The notes beneath the pieces were generated by a model. That model saw only the letters and a list, made by a program, of their open reading frames with translations, did not search any database and was not told where the DNA came from. DNA of 54,947 bases from Candidatus Aenigmatarchaeota archaeon (GTDB lineage Archaea > Aenigmatarchaeota > Aenigmatarchaeia > CG10238-14 > SpSt-28): assembly GCA_038997355.1 (NCBI GenBank), contig JAWBAC010000004.1:1-54947 (forward strand), read 5' to 3'. This document shows positions 17,570 through 25,660 of this stretch, one piece after another. Made by a program: the position numbers and the translations under genes. The stretch's first letter is position 1. Every line of letters begins with the position of its first letter.

Positions 17570-20003
17570 TTTTTAAACTTAAAACCTTAGATTCTCCGTT
17601 CTCCATAGTTACTCCATATAAAGTGTCTGCATATTTTACTGTAATATCGTTATGAGTGATTACTATTAATTGTGTTTGTTTCGAAATCTCTTTTAATAAA
17701 TTTGCAATTTTCTCAGAATTCACTTTATCTAAAGCAGCATCAATTTCGTCCATTGCATAAAAAGCAACTGGTTTTATCATTTGAAGAGAAAGAAGAAATA
17801 GCAAAGCAACTAATGTTTTTTCTCCACCAGATAAACTATCTAAATCTACATATCCTTTGCCAGGAAATCTAACTTTTATTAACAATCCGCTATCTAAATT
17901 ATTATAATCTTCTAACTCTAGTTTAGCCTCTCCACCAACAACTCTATTAAATAATTCGTTAAACTTTTCACTAACTAAATTCAATGTATTGAAAAATACT
18001 TCTCTTCTTTTTCTCTCTATTTCATTAATCATCTGAATTACTTTCTCTTTTTCCTCTTTTACTTTATCAAACTTTTGTTTCAAATTCTCAAATTCCTCCT
18101 TTATTTTTTCAAACTCTTCAATAGCTTTGAAATTAATGGTTCCAAGAGATTTTATTTCGTATTGTAGTTTATCTAAAAGAACTGTTAATTTTTCAATGCT
18201 TTCATTTAAAATATCTTCAATTTCTCTATACTCTTCTAGTTCAACTAAATATCTCTCTTTTTCTGCTTCTAATTTTGCAATTTTTATTTTATTGTTTGAA
18301 ATTTTGTTTTGCAAGTTAATTTTTTCATCGAAAACTTTTCTTCTTTCTTTTCTTAAATTTTCTAATTCTTTTTCATCTATTTCTGGAACTAACTGTATCT
18401 CTACAGGCTTAATCTTTTTTAATTCTCTCTCTAAATTTTCTATTTCTTCTTCGAGTATTTTATTCTCTTCTTCGAGTTTCTTTATTTGTTCTCTATACTT
18501 TTCAATTTCTTTAGTTTTTGAAGTATCTGTAATAACTTTTCTAACAAAATATCCTCCTGTAATTGCTCCACTTCTTTCTATCAAATCTCCATCTAATGTT
18601 ACCATTCTAACTTTTCCAATTCCAACTGCTTTTGCAACATCCAAGTTTTCGATTATTAAAGTATTACCAAAAACGAACTCAAAGGCAGGTTCAAATTTTT
18701 TATCATATTCTATTAAATCGCTTGCTATTCCTATTACTCCATCGATTTCCAAAAATTTTTCATCTAATCTTTTATAATTTAATTTGTCTAGCGGCAAAAA
18801 TGTTGCTCTTCCGATTTTTTCTCTTTTTAAATATTCTATGCATGTTTTTGCAATTTCAAAATTTTCAACAACAATGTCATACAAATGATTTGCTGCAGCA
18901 ACCTCTATAGCTATTTGATATTTTGGATCTACTTTCATCAAATCTGCAATAGTACCATACACACCATTAATTCCTAAATTTAAAACTTCTTTTACAGCAA
19001 GAGGCAATTCTCTTTCGCTTTTAAAGCTTTCTAAGCTATTTATAATGTTTATTAATCTTTCGATTTCTTTTTTATTATATTCATACTTAGCTTTTTTAAT
19101 CTCTAACTCAACTTTTAAGTTACTTTCTTTATCTTTATTTGCTAATGCTTTTAAACCTCTAAGTATTTTTTCTATCTCTTTTTCTTTTTTATCTATTTGT
19201 TCATCAAGAGCTACAATTTTTTCAGATAATTCTTTTACTTTTTGCTCTATTTCTTCGTTAATTTTTTTGAATTCTTCGATTTGCTTATCGATTTCTTCTA
19301 TTTTTTTAATAAGCAACGATTTTTTAACTACTTTAATCTCTCTTTCTAACTCTTTGTATTTTAATGCTAAGTTTCTTTGCTCTTCTAACTCTTTGTATCT
19401 CTTATATTTTTCAGAAATTATGAGTTCTAACTCTTTTAATCTTTGTTCTATTCTTTCTAAATCTTGCATAGCTCTCTCTTTTTTCTGATTGTATTCATAA
19501 ATTCCAGAAAGCTGATCTATTATTTCTCTTCTTTCTTCTTCACTCATTTCAATTATTCTTGTAACATCTCCTTGCAGAATGATGTTAAAACCATCTGGCC
19601 TCAAATTTGCAAAGCTTAGGATTTCTAAAACTCTTTCTCTTGTTTCGGTTTTATCATTTACTTTATATAATGTATGTCCTTTTCTATTTACTTTTCTAGT
19701 TATTATTACTTCATCGCTATCTATTGGAAAAATTCTATCAGTATTATCAAAAACTATGCTCACACTAGCTATTTCGGCGGGTTTTTTATATTCGTTACCT
19801 CTAAAAATTAACTCGCTTAATTTTTCTGCTCGCATTTGTTTTGCAGAAATCTTACCTAGAACGAAACATATAGCATCTATTATGTTTGATTTTCCGCTTC
19901 CATTAGGACCTACAATAACATTTAATCCTTTAATGAATGGTATGATAGTTTTTCTGTTAAAGCTTTTGAAACCTTGCAAAATCAACTTCTTAATGTAAAC
20001 CAT
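17547..20003 (-). CDS. smc: chromosome segregation protein Smc with short arms
   Basis: GPNGSGKS, Q-loop ILQG, hinge GVYG...GRATFLPL...TLDGD.....G..TGG, LSGGE, MDEIDAALD, ITHN. Confidence 0.95.
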   Translation of the reverse strand: MVYIKKLILQGFKSFNRKTIIPFIKGLNVIVGPNGSGKSNIIDAICFVLGKISAKQMRAEKLSELIFRGNEYKKPAEIASVSIVFDNTDRIFPIDSDEVIITRKVNRKGHTLYKVNDKTETRERVLEILSFANLRPDGFNIILQGDVTRIIEMSEEERREIIDQLSGIYEYNQKKERAMQDLERIEQRLKELELIISEKYKRYKELEEQRNLALKYKELEREIKVVKKSLLIKKIEEIDKQIEEFKKINEEIEQKVKELSEKIVALDEQIDKKEKEIEKILRGLKALANKDKESNLKVELEIKKAKYEYNKKEIERLINIINSLESFKSERELPLAVKEVLNLGINGVYGTIADLMKVDPKYQIAIEVAAANHLYDIVVENFEIAKTCIEYLKREKIGRATFLPLDKLNYKRLDEKFLEIDGVIGIASDLIEYDKKFEPAFEFVFGNTLIIENLDVAKAVGIGKVRMVTLDGDLIERSGAITGGYFVRKVITDTSKTKEIEKYREQIKKLEEENKILEEEIENLERELKKIKPVEIQLVPEIDEKELENLRKERRKVFDEKINLQNKISNNKIKIAKLEAEKERYLVELEEYREIEDILNESIEKLTVLLDKLQYEIKSLGTINFKAIEEFEKIKEEFENLKQKFDKVKEEKEKVIQMINEIERKRREVFFNTLNLVSEKFNELFNRVVGGEAKLELEDYNNLDSGLLIKVRFPGKGYVDLDSLSGGEKTLVALLFLLSLQMIKPVAFYAMDEIDAALDKVNSEKIANLLKEISKQTQLIVITHNDITVKYADTLYGVTMENGESKVLSLKIAEYASS

Positions 20004-20038
20004 AATTAATATACATCAAAGTTAAAAAATAAGGTGTA

Positions 20039-20944
20039 CTATTGTTTTACGAACAAATTTCTTATTTTACAAAAAGCACATATTTCTGAATTAGTTACTT
20101 CGCCACATATTTTACACTCTCTATAATTTTCGCTAGCTTTTTGCTCTCTTTTCAATTTTTTATTCATCCTCACTATAGACTTTATAAGATTTAATCTAAA
20201 ATCTTTCATTATTCTATCTGAAAAGTTTAATAGTTCAAATAATTTTGAATCTTGTGGTTTAGTTAAATAGCAGCAGAAATTTGGAGAATATGGACAGCTA
20301 ATTGAAGTTATTGGTAAATTTTTATATTCACAATACATTTTATTTTCTTCAGGAAAAGTAAATATTAAAGGTCTTATTTTTGTTAATAATTTTGGATGAT
20401 CGCTCTTTAGCTTAGGTAATATTTTTAGATTCCATTCGTAATTATTATTTAATATGTTTTTGAAATAGTTTATTAGAAAATCCATAGCGTGATGACCAGT
20501 TGCTAATTTTGTAGCACCTAATTCTCTGGGAACTTTATTCATTAAGTATCTTTTAATTAATCCGCAGACTGAACAAATCGGTCTTTTTAAAACTCTAGAT
20601 GCTTTAATGATATCTATTCCGAATTCTTCTTTAACATTAGTTACAAAAAATTTTACTCCAATTTCTTCTGCTATTTTTTCGACATCCTTTTGTAATTTAT
20701 CTGAATATCCAAATCCTAAGTTTATATGATATGCATAAACTTCTGCATTAACATTGTTTTCCTCTATGTACTCCTTTAATAAAGCTAATGCTGCAGTACT
20801 ATCTTTTCCGCCACTAACAGCTACAAAAATTTTATCTCCACTTTCTACTAATTTAAATTTTTTGATTGTAGAAAATACTTTATTTTTGTAGCTAATAATT
20901 TCTTTTTCATCGATTTCTTTTCTAAAACCTTCAATTACTATCAT
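20039..20944 (-). CDS. TtuA/NcsA-like tRNA 2-thiolation protein (PP-loop)
   Basis: AVSGGKDS, CSVCG..KRY, ATGH, IRPL, CPY, C-terminal CxxC...CxxC. Confidence 0.85.
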   Translation of the reverse strand: MIVIEGFRKEIDEKEIISYKNKVFSTIKKFKLVESGDKIFVAVSGGKDSTAALALLKEYIEENNVNAEVYAYHINLGFGYSDKLQKDVEKIAEEIGVKFFVTNVKEEFGIDIIKASRVLKRPICSVCGLIKRYLMNKVPRELGATKLATGHHAMDFLINYFKNILNNNYEWNLKILPKLKSDHPKLLTKIRPLIFTFPEENKMYCEYKNLPITSISCPYSPNFCCYLTKPQDSKLFELLNFSDRIMKDFRLNLIKSIVRMNKKLKREQKASENYRECKICGEVTNSEICAFCKIRNLFVKQ

Positions 20945-20974
20945 AAAAATTTATAGTATATCGTTATATTAGTT

Positions 20975-22618
20975 ATGTCTGTGAATTTTCTAATAATCGG
21001 GCTTGCATTTTTAGCAATTCTAATTTCTAATATTTTATCTATAAAATTCAGAATTCCTGTATTCATTTTTTTGATCTTCTTTGGAACTATTTTGGGTCCA
21101 CACGTATTGGGAATTATAAAAGAAGAAAGCTCTATTGATATATTTGCCGATATTGGTGCCGCACTTCTATTTTTTGTAATAGGTTTAAAATTTAATTTGG
21201 ATTCGCTAAGATCATTAGGAAAAGAGCCAATTATAATTTTTCTTTTGGAATTTTTCATTTCATTTTTTGGGATTTTTTCTATTTTAAACATTATTGGATT
21301 AGAATATTATCAATCTCTTTTTCTTTCTTTAGTTTTTTCAAATAGCACTTTAGCAATAATATCTCAATTAATAAATATAAGAAATAGGAGTAATGAATTT
21401 CTATTTAAAAACCTTACAGCAGTATCTCTTTTAGAGGATTTATCGCTTGTAATTCTTCTGCTAATTACAATAACTCTCGTTAAATTTGGAAATGTTAGTT
21501 TCGAATATTTAACATTTGAAATAATAAAGAGGATTTCTATCTTACTATTATCACTTTATATAATTCAATATTTTTTGCAAAAAATAATTCCAAAAATAGA
21601 AAATTATGGTGAAGATTCTATATTAACACTTTCCCTAGGAATTGCTGGAATACTAATTTCTATTCTGACATTATACGGAATACCATTATCCATAGCTGCT
21701 TTTTTGGCTGGAAGTATATTCTCTTCAACATATTCTAAAAAACAAATTGGCTCTACAATAGAAAAATTGTCTAACTTATTCATTTCAATTTTCTTCATTT
21801 CTATAGGCTTAAACATTAATCCAAACGAATTATTTTCATTAAATTCTACACTAATTTTAACAACTATTCTTTTTTCAATTTTCTTCTTTAAGTTTTTTGG
21901 AAATCTAATAGCGAACTATTTAGTTTATTCTGATTTTCAGTTAGCTGTAAGATCTGCAATATATATGATAGTTATAGGAGAGTCTTCGATATATCTAACC
22001 TATTATGGTATGAAATTAGGAATTGTTAATGAGAATTTCTTAGGAATTGTTGGAATGATCGTTTTGTCGAGCATTTTATTATCTTTCGCGCTTTCAAAAA
22101 GAGATAGAAAAATTATTGAATTTCTAGAAGATATTGGAACTAAAAAAGGTCTCCAAAAAATTAGAAAAGGTTTATTAGATTTAATTTCTGGAATAAAAAA
22201 GTATAAAGATGCGAAAGAAATTTACATAAATTTAGGAATAGAAATTTTCTTTTCGATAATATTGATTTTACTAATATCAATAACAATAAATTATTTTGAA
22301 AATGATGTGATAATTTCTACTTTTACATTGCTATTTCTTCTCTCTATTTTTCTTACTTTAGTTTGGCATATTATAATGAAATTCGTAAGTTTGATAAAAT
22401 ATTTGGATATAAAGTATTTTGGAAAAAATGAGTGGAAGCTTGCTGTTTTGTACTTTTTAACTTTAATTTTTCTATGCATTTTCTCGCTTACATTTCCAAG
22501 AAATCAATTCGGAAAGATTATAGACATTGTAATTATCCTAATGTTAATATTTGGAATATACAATATTTTCAAAATTAATAACGAAAAAAGAATTTATAAA
22601 TATAGAAGGAAATCGTAA
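20975..22618 (+). CDS. cation:proton antiporter (CPA2 family)
   Basis: Many TM helices, G..LLFFVIGL, S.ST..I, LLED, FFISIG, IGE.S. Confidence 0.85.
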   Translation: MSVNFLIIGLAFLAILISNILSIKFRIPVFIFLIFFGTILGPHVLGIIKEESSIDIFADIGAALLFFVIGLKFNLDSLRSLGKEPIIIFLLEFFISFFGIFSILNIIGLEYYQSLFLSLVFSNSTLAIISQLINIRNRSNEFLFKNLTAVSLLEDLSLVILLLITITLVKFGNVSFEYLTFEIIKRISILLLSLYIIQYFLQKIIPKIENYGEDSILTLSLGIAGILISILTLYGIPLSIAAFLAGSIFSSTYSKKQIGSTIEKLSNLFISIFFISIGLNINPNELFSLNSTLILTTILFSIFFFKFFGNLIANYLVYSDFQLAVRSAIYMIVIGESSIYLTYYGMKLGIVNENFLGIVGMIVLSSILLSFALSKRDRKIIEFLEDIGTKKGLQKIRKGLLDLISGIKKYKDAKEIYINLGIEIFFSIILILLISITINYFENDVIISTFTLLFLLSIFLTLVWHIIMKFVSLIKYLDIKYFGKNEWKLAVLYFLTLIFLCIFSLTFPRNQFGKIIDIVIILMLIFGIYNIFKINNEKRIYKYRRKS

Positions 22619-22623
22619 CACTT

Positions 22624-22709
22624 GCGGGGGTCGCCTAGCCTGGACAAGGGCGCCGGGTTTAGGCCCCGGTGGCTTAGTGCCGTCGTGGGTTCAAATCCCA
22701 CCCCCCGCA
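22624..22709 (+). tRNA. tRNA-Leu(UAG)
   Basis: GCGGGGG/CCCCCGC acceptor stem, CCGGG-TT-TAG-GC-CCCGG anticodon arm, long variable arm. Confidence 0.96.
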
Positions 22710-22764
22710 AGCAAAAATTTTAGTTTAAATGATGTTTTTTATCGTATTATAGTAGTTAATATAT

Positions 22765-22780
22765 CGAAAGTTATATAAAG
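22765..22780 (+). promoter_or_regulatory. putative BRE-TATA promoter of the ankyrin gene
   Basis: CGAAAG-TTATATAAAG about 30 nt upstream of ATG 22808. Confidence 0.5.
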
Positions 22781-22807
22781 CTTATTCATATAGATTATAG
22801 AGTAATT

Positions 22808-23287
22808 ATGAGTTTCGAAGTATATGATGAATTCCCTGATATACTTCAAGAAGAAAACAAAAAAGAATTAGAAAAGATACTATATGAACTTAATAGGGAA
22901 TTAATAGACGCCCTACAGTATAATGATACAAAGAAAGCACTCGAAGCTATAAAAAGAGGTGCTGATGTTAATGTAAGAGGTAGATATGATTGGCCTGCAA
23001 TAAGCCATGCTGTTTACGCGAGAAATTATCCTGTTTTAGAAGCTCTATTACATAGAGGTGCTGATCCGAATATAAGAAATCCAGACGGTTCCACTCCTCT
23101 TCACATTGCAGCAATGCTGAATGATCCTTATGCTGCATTATTATTAATTTGTTACGGCGCTAATCCTAACATAAAAGATCAATATGGAAAAGCCCCAATA
23201 GATTATGTAACATCTGATAAATTAAAAGAAATATTAGAAAATGTAAGAAAATATGGTAGAGATATGTATTGCAATAATGAATATTAA
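22808..23287 (+). CDS. ankyrin repeat protein
   Basis: GADVN.....W.AI.HA, GADPN.....G.TPLH.AA and GANPN..D..G..P repeats. Confidence 0.92.
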   Translation: MSFEVYDEFPDILQEENKKELEKILYELNRELIDALQYNDTKKALEAIKRGADVNVRGRYDWPAISHAVYARNYPVLEALLHRGADPNIRNPDGSTPLHIAAMLNDPYAALLLICYGANPNIKDQYGKAPIDYVTSDKLKEILENVRKYGRDMYCNNEY

Positions 23288-23317
23288 TTAAATCGAAAAA
23301 CTAAAAATCTATAAGTT

Positions 23318-23755
23318 ATGAATAAAGATGAAATATTAGAAATAATAGAGTATCAATTCGGAAAAGAAGTTAGAAAAGAGTTAGAAGGATTAAATTTTGA
23401 GATTAAAAAATTCAAATCTAGAAAGATTGACATTCTAATTAATAATTTTGCTATTCTTCACTTAAATCCTAAGTTTTTCCTTTTTACTATCGATAAACAA
23501 TTTTCAAAAATCTTAAGAAAATGTAAGAAGTTTTATATAAAGATAGATGGCAGATTCTTAGAAGATATTAAAAAAACAAAGAACATCATAAAACAAAATA
23601 TTATAGATTATAGCAAGGATTTTAGAGCAAACGATGATATAATTATTCTGGATGAAAACGAAAACTTAATTGGAATTGCAAAAGCAAAGCTAAACTCTTA
23701 TGAAATATCTAATGCAACTTATGGAATTGTTGCAAAAGTTAAGAAATTCATTTAA
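23318..23755 (+). CDS. stand-alone PUA-domain protein (resembles the archaeosine TGT C-terminal region)
   Basis: I.EYQFG N-terminus and FR.ND.IIILDE...LIG.AKA PUA pattern. Confidence 0.72.
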   Translation: MNKDEILEIIEYQFGKEVRKELEGLNFEIKKFKSRKIDILINNFAILHLNPKFFLFTIDKQFSKILRKCKKFYIKIDGRFLEDIKKTKNIIKQNIIDYSKDFRANDDIIILDENENLIGIAKAKLNSYEISNATYGIVAKVKKFI

Positions 23756-24575
23756 TTTGATTGCTCTCTAAAAATTCAATTTTATCTATGTTTCCATCAC
23801 CATCCAAATCTTTTCCCTCGACTATGCAATAAAAATATGAATCAAACGAAATTAAAGGCAGTGCTTTTATAGCTATTTCTGTTCCTAATCTTCTTTTACC
23901 TGCTATCCATATTATTTCGTTCTCTTGATTAAATGGATTTTTAGAATAATAAATTAATCCGATGTTTTCTTCAGAGTATTTTTTATTCGTAAATTCAGAA
24001 TAAATATCCCAATTAAATTCTTGTAAAAATCTGACTTTGAATATAGTATTTAATTTGTATGCAATCGTATTCGTTACTGGTCCACCAACTACTATCAAAT
24101 TTCTATCTAATAAATTATAACTCATTATTTCTGTATCGAATTTTACAGATGCTTGTGTAAAAATTAGTTGACCTAAATAAAAAGCAAGATGATTATCCCT
24201 TGCTCTTGCTGAAAATGTTCCATGAGGATCGGGTGAGCCCAAAACAACATAAAAATTTTTTCTTTGGAATGATTTTAGAAAAGGAGGAATAGAGGGATTT
24301 ATAGTGAATTTTTCGTCGGGAATGTCTAATATTATTTGATAGTAAGATTTAAAGGCTTTATATTTTCTTCCATTTCTCACTATAAAGCCTTTTTTCTCAA
24401 GCTTTTTAATGTAATGAAGCAATAGTTGAGGATAAATTTTTAACCTTTTAGATAATTCTTTAAGTGAAAGGCTTTCTAAGCTTAAATTATAAAGTATCTT
24501 ATATTCTATTTCACTTTCTTCAAAAAACTTACAGTTTTTACTATTATAAACTTTACCACCTTCTATCACTCTCAT
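23748..24575 (-). CDS. winged-HTH transcriptional regulator with a C-terminal alpha/beta domain
   Basis: LKELSKRLKIYPQLLLHYIKKLEKKGFI wHTH. C-domain has GSPDPHG, NLIVVGGPVTN, AG....GT and a DLDGDG.ID loop. Confidence 0.72.
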   Translation of the reverse strand: MRVIEGGKVYNSKNCKFFEESEIEYKILYNLSLESLSLKELSKRLKIYPQLLLHYIKKLEKKGFIVRNGRKYKAFKSYYQIILDIPDEKFTINPSIPPFLKSFQRKNFYVVLGSPDPHGTFSARARDNHLAFYLGQLIFTQASVKFDTEIMSYNLLDRNLIVVGGPVTNTIAYKLNTIFKVRFLQEFNWDIYSEFTNKKYSEENIGLIYYSKNPFNQENEIIWIAGKRRLGTEIAIKALPLISFDSYFYCIVEGKDLDGDGNIDKIEFLESNQIK

Positions 24576-24604
24576 AAAAATATTCTTTTATTAAAATAAA
24601 ATAT

Positions 24605-24633
24605 AAATTTTATTTATTGCGATAATAAAATTT
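24605..24633. promoter_or_regulatory. inverted repeat, candidate operator between the regulator and the glmS operon
   Basis: AAATTTTATT-N9-AATAAAATTT. Very AT-rich, so it may be chance. Confidence 0.3.
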
Positions 24634-24678
24634 TTGTTTAAAAATCTATAAAAATATATTTTTACATATAATGGCATT

Positions 24679-25323
24679 ATGTGCGGAATAATAGGAGTAA
24701 TTAGTAAGGATAAGTATTCTGTAAAAAAGGCTTTAGAAATGCTAAAAAGATTAGAATATAGAGGATATGATTCTGTTGGCTATGTAACATCTAATGGAAA
24801 AATAATTAAAAGTGTGGGAAAAGTTGATAATTTACTTTCTAAATGCGATTCAGAAGAAGCAAATATTATAATTGCCCATACTCGTTGGGCAACTCACGGC
24901 AAAGTTAATGAAATTAATGCACATCCACATTTCGATTGCGAAAAAAACATCTTCATAGTTCATAATGGTACAATAGAAAATTTTGAAGAATTAAAAAAAG
25001 AATTAGAAAGCTTAGGTCATAAATTTGTTTCAGAAACAGATAGCGAAATCTTTGCACATTTTTTCGAACAAAGATTAAAAGAAAACAGAAGTATCAAAGA
25101 AATTGCAAAGGAAATTTTTGAAAGATTTAAAGGAACTTATGCTGTTTTGATATACATCAAAAATCTCAATAAAGTTATTGCAATAAAAAATGGAAGTCCT
25201 TTGTTAATTGGCATTAGCGAAAACAAAATATTTTTTGCATCCGACGCATATGCATTTTCAGAAGAAACGAACAAAGTTATTGTGCTCGATGATTATAATT
25301 TTGTAGAAGTTGATTTAGCATGA
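24679..25323 (+). CDS. glmS: glucosamine-6-phosphate synthase, N-terminal glutaminase half (split gene)
   Basis: MCGIIG, LEYRGYDS.G, HTRWATHG, NAHPH, HNG.IEN, SETDSE. Confidence 0.93.
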   Translation: MCGIIGVISKDKYSVKKALEMLKRLEYRGYDSVGYVTSNGKIIKSVGKVDNLLSKCDSEEANIIIAHTRWATHGKVNEINAHPHFDCEKNIFIVHNGTIENFEELKKELESLGHKFVSETDSEIFAHFFEQRLKENRSIKEIAKEIFERFKGTYAVLIYIKNLNKVIAIKNGSPLLIGISENKIFFASDAYAFSEETNKVIVLDDYNFVEVDLA

Positions 25324-25660
25324 AACAAAAATTTCTTATAAAACAGTTTAAATCGAAAGCAATTAAAATTACTATTAGAAATGGAAATGAAGAAATTGCT
25401 AGATGTTATATCTATTTAATCTCTAACGATTTGCATGACAAACCTTATGCTTTACTTGAAGATGTTTTTGTTAAAGAAGAATATAGAAATATAGGTATAG
25501 GAAGTAAATTAGTTAAAAAAGCTATAGATGTTGCAAAAAAATTAAATTGTTATAAAATTTTAGCAACCAGCAGATTTGAAAGAGAATATGTTCATAAGTT
25601 TTATGAAAAGTTGGGATTTAAAAAATGGGGCTTCGAATTTAGAATCGATTTAAAATGAAA
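25312..25660 (+). repeat. 14-bp imperfect direct repeat at both GNAT/glmS junctions
   Basis: GATTTAGCATGAAA at 25312-25325 and GATTTAAAATGAAA at 25647-25660 (12/14 identical), each followed within 1-2 nt by AAAAATTT. Confidence 0.5.
25320..25658 (+). CDS. GNAT acetyltransferase, GNA1 (glucosamine-6-phosphate N-acetyltransferase)-like
   Basis: LEDVFV..EYR..GIG..L......A....CYKI and FYEKLGF. Lies between the two glmS halves. Confidence 0.78.
   Translation: MKQKFLIKQFKSKAIKITIRNGNEEIARCYIYLISNDLHDKPYALLEDVFVKEEYRNIGIGSKLVKKAIDVAKKLNCYKILATSRFEREYVHKFYEKLGFKKWGFEFRIDLK

Noticed and set aside
22551-22778. ORFs spanning tRNA genes (22551..22778 and 29742..30200)
   Set aside because: Artefacts of reading through GC-rich tRNA sequence.
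25312-25660. GNAT as a BHB-type mRNA intron whose splicing would restore intact glmS
   Set aside because: I could find only a 4-bp GATT/AATC pairing without flanking helices. There is no convincing bulge-helix-bulge.
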